Below, in pieces: positions 20,701 to 28,200 of a stretch of 64,000 nt of DNA (position 1 is its first letter; the number at the start of each line of letters is the position of its first letter). Below the pieces are notes generated by a model, which searched no databases, was not told where the DNA came from, and saw only the letters and a list, made by a program, of their open reading frames with translations. A program made the translations under genes and the position numbers. The stretch comes from a virus. The stretch covers positions 1 through 64,000 of IMG/VR virus record IMGVR_UViG_3300010389_000003, one strand, 5' to 3'.

Positions 20701-21858
20701 GCTCTGAACAAGATACCTGGGTTCGTAAAAGATGCGATGAACGAAGTACTTCATGATGCGGGTATGTCTTTAGCGGATGTAACATCAACCAGAGAGGGAG
20801 ACACGAGCATCATAGGTGAAGCTATGAGGGCGTCTAAGGAGATCGAAGATTTCAATTCAGAGCTTGAAAGAACACTCAGAAACACTGTGGATTCTGTCTC
20901 CCCAAACTCTTTCCCCATGAATCCACAACTCACAGGCACCGTTGATGAACTAATGTCACGTTTGGCGGAACATAAAGAACACTTTGAATTGGATCTACTT
21001 GAAGACCTCAAAGATGAGATAGACCCATCAGAGAAAATAGCAAGGCGCGCTCAGGTTAACGATGCTCTCGTTCAGGATATATTTGCAGCAGCCAGAGATC
21101 AAGCTAAGGCAAATAAGACAGGTGTGCGTGAAACGCTCCAAGACATACTTTTGATGATGCGATCCCAGGCTGGGGATGATTTGGGCAGCTTGCTTTCATT
21201 GTCGACCAGAGAAGGCCACCATTCAACCAGCCTGAAGACTATGCTGCAGAATGCCTACAACACCCATTTGATAGCTCAGCAGGAACGCCGTGCAATCATC
21301 CATCCTGGTATGGCTTCCGATGTAGACCTTGAGCGTGCTCGCGAATTGGTACAGTCACTTGAGGTTCCTGACGAGATCCTTGGAGTAAGTGATGGCAGAT
21401 TCAGACGAGCAGCACGTGAGACCGCGGACAATGTATCTTCGATAATATCAGGAATCCGTGCGCCAGAGGGAATCAGCCTTGGCGAGGGCCTGCGTAAGCT
21501 ATGGGACATGGGAAGCGTACGTAACGCGACCTTAGCAACAGCTGCTGTTGCGGCTGCCTCAGTTATATATCAGGGCAGTAAAGAAAGGACAGCGGACGAT
21601 ATGGCTGGTCCAGCGTTCCTTCCTGGCGGGTCAGCTTATGAGTCTGGGATGTCAGGCAGTGGCGGATCTGGCATATCAAGCTATAACTTTGCGCCAGGAG
21701 GCGGTACTACATATAGTATAAACGCCAGAGGGAACCATGACCCTTATGAGTTCGCTTCCAGAGCGGGGGCCTTGGCAGGAACGTCTGCGTTTGGTACAAT
21801 AAGTACAGCGCAATCATCATTTTCGGATTATGATAGAGCCATAAGCAACAATTACTAG
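17788..21858 (+). CDS. Candidate virion-associated single-chain two-barrel RNA polymerase (divergent, variant catalytic motif)
   Basis: Ordered motifs KGSKRARALF (217-226), FDGFNIV (284-290), FRL (343-345), GQIKG (380-384), then GGADFDD (656-662) and RDP (683-685). Confidence 0.6.
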   Translation: MGIHEENINFLKSHHSLSVMRDIGFLKMDIEGDEVVFTSAFDAPVRVSLDDTAEIRNTLASLQARRAGLGFNTGFNLDPRKTPKVKLDRNLQWVQEALGLKVGDKVSPMPEEYLRIHGISRNQKLMNLYRDGYRVQQQIFSPDDHHVDEVIDHLKSKLIDEKTGIMHGNLWKTQSGIAVQQVYDPSGKALSINEIYGLFGTEFGAGKQMSFTELLGKGSKRARALFQQKALSATAKSADINVAVFDPTEMFGDLVEKLTKEYTASGTYGDEAAAAAKKTVSGMFDGFNIVTDIKLLTDTFQKSQNIEIGLRVKDSPTYRIQQLQDQANKALRALKQRSGRGNFRLTGGNILEVSGGLSKSSQWYREKVDKGVVNDFTRLGQIKGDINLTKTLDELDELIDEHPEFARLIDFVKNAREKGAMMIVPTTNIGTEAGALNTGEAILSLNPYGDSGVVRTNPIALAAHPEFFDMDQITKESKERLSRTYEKLAAGEITDELRAHIEKTAGMVMEDIDETLSTPAAVRMQNAITEARSIMVGLDLGMDIRADPGMMSMVRSAALNYEVRPSGKPSLVVPNAHRAHFTSEVTLTFDSDYNQHRRRGGSMYQDVWVKNEETGKAGKNRMLKKNYVTYNRRTHSFVLPDIADPEDLSRVLELFGGADFDDAMAGILRYDKENKVMRLLSYRDPTARGENEIFKMGIEDALVRDQITAAAAKGADPELTRIVEERRQALAAISRQQKEIKKLKQQEQIIWEDKPWHHRYQSLVDYQGDGHEELRAEMQAAYDRMDALKTEYKTIQQEFTDRLPEFAEKIFRAYDPTERPAQYVGKGSGAHRLKMVMGEHAPDVVDLKQLADDVPTRQITDAAEYIETAVRSQADKRILGQGINYMTMLDSLFNTKFDDELIGGAGIKPESIVSFLRESLIDTVQQEGAGATQFIEENMKEGGRKIAQRLVELGPDTDVKLPYYLVSDQADALNKIPGFVKDAMNEVLHDAGMSLADVTSTREGDTSIIGEAMRASKEIEDFNSELERTLRNTVDSVSPNSFPMNPQLTGTVDELMSRLAEHKEHFELDLLEDLKDEIDPSEKIARRAQVNDALVQDIFAAARDQAKANKTGVRETLQDILLMMRSQAGDDLGSLLSLSTREGHHSTSLKTMLQNAYNTHLIAQQERRAIIHPGMASDVDLERARELVQSLEVPDEILGVSDGRFRRAARETADNVSSIISGIRAPEGISLGEGLRKLWDMGSVRNATLATAAVAAASVIYQGSKERTADDMAGPAFLPGGSAYESGMSGSGGSGISSYNFAPGGGTTYSINARGNHDPYEFASRAGALAGTSAFGTISTAQSSFSDYDRAISNNY

Positions 21859-21863
21859 GTGAT

Positions 21864-22226
21864 ATGCAAGCTAAAACTAACCGTCGCAGAAATCAAGGCA
21901 GCAAGACCACGCCGTCGCAAGACAGGGCTGCTGCCGTTGTGTCCACGGGCTCAAAGAGGACTGTCGCAGTTAAGGGGAGGCGGGGCTCAAGTGCCGGGTA
22001 TGAAAACACGCCTAGAGCGTATCTCGCTACCAAGGGTGGAGGCTATTTGGCCAAGAGTGCCCAAAGTGCCAGGACGGCGAACAAGCGCACAGATGTCAGG
22101 GGCGGCGATTCACCTGCGTTTATTCCCATCAAGAAAAGCAATCCGCATGCGATGTCCACAATCGGCTTCAGGCCAACGGGTGCTTCACTCCTACTGAAGA
22201 AGCGTATGGAGCTGAACAACATATGA
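21864..22226 (+). CDS. Small highly basic, low-complexity protein
   Basis: AGGTGA RBS before ATG; very Arg/Lys/Ser/Ala-rich with few acidic residues. Confidence 0.6.
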   Translation: MQAKTNRRRNQGSKTTPSQDRAAAVVSTGSKRTVAVKGRRGSSAGYENTPRAYLATKGGGYLAKSAQSARTANKRTDVRGGDSPAFIPIKKSNPHAMSTIGFRPTGASLLLKKRMELNNI

Positions 22227-22246
22227 TGAAAGAGGGAGAATAGGAC

Positions 22247-25200
22247 ATGACAGAATCGGAAATGTCAGCTGACGACCTTCGAGACATTGTCATCAATAGG
22301 TTGCCACCCGATATAGTCGGAGGCACTGTTGAATGGCAATTCACCCCCAATTGGGATCTGCTGAACGTCTCCGAAGAGGACCTGGGCTACGTGGGGATAG
22401 GCACAGGCCGGATAAGCGAAACAAGGGTCGACGAACTCCGTGCTGAGTTAGAATTAAAGTTTGGCTATCTTGTCAATAACTGGGAACTCATTGTATTCGG
22501 TTTAGATAATTTTAACTATGATAATCTTCCTGCAGATGTAGCCGCAGCGATTCAGCTTTTGGGTGTGGTGAGGGTCCAGGAGCCAGCATTATATCAATTA
22601 GCCAGCATGGTATGGCCTGGATTGGCTGCACTGGTGGCCAAATATGATACGTGGCGTAGTGAACAACTGCCCCTTGTTGAACAGGCCCTTGCTTCGGGCA
22701 ACGCCAGCATGGAGGAACAGTTGGCCCGAGCATTCAACAGGGAAGGCGAAACTGCGTTTACGGTTAAGATCGGTGAGGACGTTAGTCAGAACCTGATAAA
22801 CGAAGCCCTTGAGGGTACCGAACGCGAGAATGTGGAGCCTGCGACTTCTCTTCCTTGGGAGCTTGCTTTGGGGGCGTCGCGTTTTGCCATTCCTCCACTA
22901 AATATATCTGTTAACTCCAGATTCAAAGTTACCAACGTGTCCGGTGGGGCAATACGTCAAAGGAATACCCCAAAGTTCAATACCGGTCATTCGGAAACCG
23001 TTGTCAACGTCACTCTCTATTTTCCTAATCACGAATCGATATGGGGTTTCGAGGGCGAGGGAGAACTTGATATAGATTTCGATAACGACTCAGAAGAGAA
23101 GGTGGACAGGTTCCTCTCTTCATTGAGGGGACTTGTAGCTGCATTCAAATATTCGCCATTCCTTCCGCTCAAGAATCAATATCTCAATAGCACATTCAAT
23201 ATGACTGGCGCAACCCTTCAGTCAATGTCGATCCAGACCCTTGAGGGCTTCCCCTTCGTCTTAGCTGTGAACCTCACGCTTTTGAAGTTCAATCACAAAG
23301 CATACCTGCCAATGATAAGGGACTTCAATGAGGCAATACATTGGGGCCGATATCGTCAATATATGGGCAGAGCTGCTGAGCACATCTCTACAACTGTTGG
23401 CAGGGGCTTCTTGGATGCTAGTTACAAAAAGTACTTGAACCCCATGGAAGTTGGCGCAGCCAAGTCCTTTGGAACAGAAGTGTTCACCGATGATGGTGGC
23501 AGCTATGTTCTTGATCTTGGTAAATCGGAAGAGTTCAAATACAAGAACACCTATAGCAAGCTTCAAGAATTTAATGACGGACGACATTTTCAATTGTACT
23601 TCCCTCGGAATACGATTTCAGACGTTTTCGCTCCAGACATCGCAGACTTCAGGACCCCAACAGAAGATAATTATACAGACCTGAACCAAAAAGATATGTG
23701 GGAAGAGTTGATGACCGGCCTGGGATTCGATGTCATCGATCCGCTTAATACGGACTTTGAATACGAAGGTGTCGCCAACTACGCTAGGTACATTCGCGAA
23801 TCCAGCCCCATGACAGACCTTCAGAAGATGATTGAGTGGCTAGATCGGGTACAGTCCGCAACAGCCGATCAGGCCAGCAAAGCCCTTTTTGACCAGTATG
23901 TGGAAGAGTACATCGAAATAGAAAGAAGGAAGAAGGGCTCAATTGAACAGAATTATGAAGACGAGCTAAGAGAGCGACTGCAACGAGAGTGGTATGCTCT
24001 TGTTTTCTTTGGGTTTAGGGATACTCCGTATATCCAATCACTCCTAAACGGAGCCGAGGTAACTAGCACCGGTGACATCATCAAAGAATGGCAAGTGCCG
24101 ATGGAACAGATGCAGGTTGATTGGAGCAAGGTTATCGTTAACGGCGTGTCTGTTACGATGTCAAATAACATTGCTCGACTACAGCTTCAAATGCAGGACG
24201 AACCAGTACATCAGCACATCGGTGGTAAGGATACGGTGGTCAATGTATCCATGACAATCATCGGTGAAGAAGAGCTTGTCTCATTTCGGCGTGTCTTTGA
24301 TCACATCAACGGTCTAGCGAGGCTGGAACACGCCCACGGTGTGCTGGGATTTCTTGGAATCAAGAACGTCGTTACAGCGCTATGTGGCGTTAAATACGTG
24401 CTACCTTTGAACTTTGAAGTCGATACCATACCGGGCTATCCTCACGTTTATAGCGTGAGTATGTCTCTTGTTGATTTTGATATATTTCAACAAAAAAGGG
24501 AGCAACTAGATAGCTCTCAGCAGCAACGGCTCATTGATGCATTCGGAAAGCGCAATCCGTTCTTGAGGATCAAGCAGATGTGGGGCGTGTTCAACGCCTA
24601 CCCCGACTTTCCCCTTTCGGTGAAAGATAGCAATGGAGAGACTGTTGGTCATCTGGATCCAGATTTCTATTTCCGCTCCTTTCAAACAATTGATGACGAT
24701 CTGACACACTGGAAGAAGTCTGAATCAAACCGTGTTGATGATGGTGAGCCTGCAGCCAGCGGTACGGTGCCCACCTCACAGTTGGCAGGCGGGTACGGAG
24801 AGCATGGTGAACCTCCGACGACTGCGGTTGATGAGGATTCTTCTGGTGAACGAGCATTCAGTGAGGACTCACCATACTGGAGCCTTCGGGTCGACCATTC
24901 TCTGGGTGACTTTATGGACGAAGAGAACCTCCAGCCCATGATTGGGGTGACCGGAGATAGCCTCGAACTAATGGTTGTAGATACCGAAACTGGAGACATC
25001 AGAGACCATGCACCAGGTGGAATTCTTGAGGAGGACCTTGGAGAAAGGACTCTAACCCAATCGGGCAACCCACTTCTCACACCGTACGCCAACTACAGCG
25101 GCGCCTATTACGATTCAGATACTCTCAACACCCTTGGATTGGATAGCAAGGCGGGATTCAATCCAAGCTCCCAGTTTGAAAAGATGATGTTCGATGCCCA

Positions 25201-28200
25201 ATATCGCGACATATCCGGACGTATGATCAGAGCTTTCCCAACATATATGCTGTGGCTTATTGATGAGGGCGGAAACTTTGCTGGCGTAAAGCTCTTTGAC
25301 AATTTCTATGGTCTACAATCTGTCATTGATTTCTCATTGGTTCGATCCGAAGACATTCTTGCGGACACCCTTATTCTGAATCTTTCCAATATGTTCAGCA
25401 AGTTAACAACCGATGAGCAGGATTTCCTATTCTACGACCCGGATCAGACAGCGCCAGATGGGAGCAATTCCACAACGAATGCAATTGATAATATACGCAA
25501 TCAATACACCAACGCTCTGCGCCATACCGCCGAGCAGCCTCCAGCCTATGTGCAGGAATTAGAACATATCAGACTCCGTCCGGGCGTGAGACTGCATCTC
25601 CGTGCTGGCTATGGTGCGAATCCAAATTCTCTAGAAACAGTTTTCAATGGTGTCATTACCGAAGTTCAACAGGGTGATATCGTAACCGTGGTTGCCCAGT
25701 CTGACGCGGTGGAGCTGAGCCCTTACGTAAACACGGCAGACAAAGATGGGCACAGCGGCAAGATTGATGGTTCACTCAATACAGGTTTTTGGTTGTCGGA
25801 ACCACGAGATCTCATTGTGAGACTTCTGACTATGGGTACATCGGTGGGGAAGGAAGCAATCAGCAGGGGTACCAGGGGTACCATTTTCTCTGAGAGTAAA
25901 TTCGGTATCAAGCACTTTGGTATGATACTCTATGAACCGATGACCGAGATGGAAGAAAAAGCCAGACAGGCAAGAGTTGAATCAGCTTCTTCTGCTTTTG
26001 CACCGGGTACGAACATTTCCGCAATGCAAGAATTTCTAGGACAGGGTCAGGTTGCTGATATCACTAATGGGGTAAACTCCTTGGCCGGTGGGCATCAGGC
26101 ACCCGGAATCGTTGACGCGTTGGCCGTTACCGCTGGCAATACGTTCACCCCAGGGCTTGGTACCTTCTTCCAGCGTAATGGTGTCCTCGATTTGATGACC
26201 AGTCTGTGGGTGAATAGCTTCAAAGAACGAGATTTTGAAATATTCAAACGTAATATTTACCCAGGAAATGGCACAGGGGTAATGCAATTCGCGGGTGTTG
26301 ATACCCTCGACGCGGATATCTATTGGCAAAACTATGCCCCCGCTGGTCTTTCGACAGAGATCAACGCTGAAGCATTTAGTAGGCAACAGGTGAACCAGTA
26401 TCTCAACAACGCACTGAACGAGTCTATCAGAGATGGAGATAGGCTTTTGGAGGGCGAGTTTACGGAAGATGAGTTGGTAGAGTTGCTTGGCTCAACGCAG
26501 GCAGCCAGGCTTGAGGATCTTTTGGCCGCTAGGGGTGGTAAAGCGTTCCAGATACCAACAACTGATGTTGAAACCAATTCTGGGAATCCAGCTGCAGTAA
26601 TAGGTACAGGGATGGTCTTGGCTGGCCTAGTGAACCCAGCGCTAGGTCTAGGGGTAGGGGCACTCGGTCTAGTGGCACATGGCATCAGTTCTCGTAGTCA
26701 AAATCCTATTTACCAGTTCTTGGGCATTAGCCAGACTGTTCAGGATGATGATCTGGCAGGGTTTGATGAGGTGTCATTCCGGGCCCAGACTTTCATGAGA
26801 ACCGTATGGGACATGTTCCAGATTTGTGCTGACATGCTTCCCAATTACATTGTTTCTGTCAGACCATTTGAAGATAGATCAACGGTGTTTTATGGTAAAC
26901 CCCATTGGCTCTATACTTCTGGTGTAGTCCCATTGACCTCCGGTGTTCCGGTTGACAATGCCCTTAAGTTCGACGAGCCCAATGAGGAACAGCGCAAAAT
27001 ACTAGAGCTATTTTCTCAGGTGGCCAATAGACGATCAGACGCATCTGCAACTGACGAGTTCCTTGCCGGTTTGGGTAACTACTCTGATCCGTATAGCACT
27101 TCAATACCAACTGCTTGGGCCGGTGGAGATATTAAATCACTACCATTAGAGAACTCTGCTGGCGGCAAGATACCGCTTGGCAAGCGTAAGGTGATAGCCG
27201 GAATTGAGATGCACCTGCCGACACATGATGGTGAGCCCTCCCTTGCCGACAACCATTTGCGTCATACTTATTTTCAACAGATAGGTTCGATCGGTGGTAT
27301 TCCAGAACTGCCGACGTATTATAGGTATCCGTTTTACATGGATAGAAAGGATGGCCCAAGGGGAGGTTATGCCGGGATATACCAAAGTAGAGAGGATGCA
27401 GAAACCGCTGCCGAAGCCGAAGGAAAGAACTTCTTCTTTGATTACTCCGTACTCAAGGGGGAGGTTGGACAAACGCCGGGTGAACCAGGAGCCTTTGGTA
27501 TCTTGGATCCCGAAGAGGAAGTCTACTATTGCAATATGAGGTGGCCATACTCATCCGATAGTGGAGGCATAAAGGTTGAAGGGCAGACCCAAGATATGTT
27601 CAGACACAAAAGATTGATGGTCTTCAATGAAGACAATGGCAGGATGTGTATTTGTGTTCCCGGCGAATATGGTCCGAATGTAACAACAGGTAAGGATATG
27701 GGTCTATCACCCGAAGCCATGTTTTACCTGGGTGGCGAACTTGTAAATAATAATTTCAGAATGAGACATGAAAAATTGTCTAATCTATATATTGGTTGGG
27801 TAGACGACAATACCAAGCCGGGGCCGGTGGGTGGTTATGCAACGGCTACCACTGTCACGAACGGATACGTCGGAAATCGAAGTATTAGCGATTTGTCACC
27901 GGAACAGATTGCCGCCAGCGATACGTTAATTATAGAAATAGATTATTCTCATTCGGAAGCTTATGAAGCTATAAGTGAACTGTTCGAAAAAAACTCAGAA
28001 CGTATAGCATTCTTGAATGAATCGGGTGCGCTTTATGATCAAAGAGGCGGGCGTAAGGTGCTCATCCAGGATCTAGAGCAATTCGCTTATGATAACTTTC
28101 CTGATGATATGGGCACATTCATCAACCTCTACGGTTGGGCTTTTGAAGATATACATCCAGCGCTCGATGAAGATCGTATTTTTGGCACACGCGCTATCGA

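Noticed and set aside
21859-22197. Alternative 112-aa plus-strand ORF
   Set aside because: Overlaps 21864..22226, which has an ATG with an upstream RBS-like sequence and fills the gap better.
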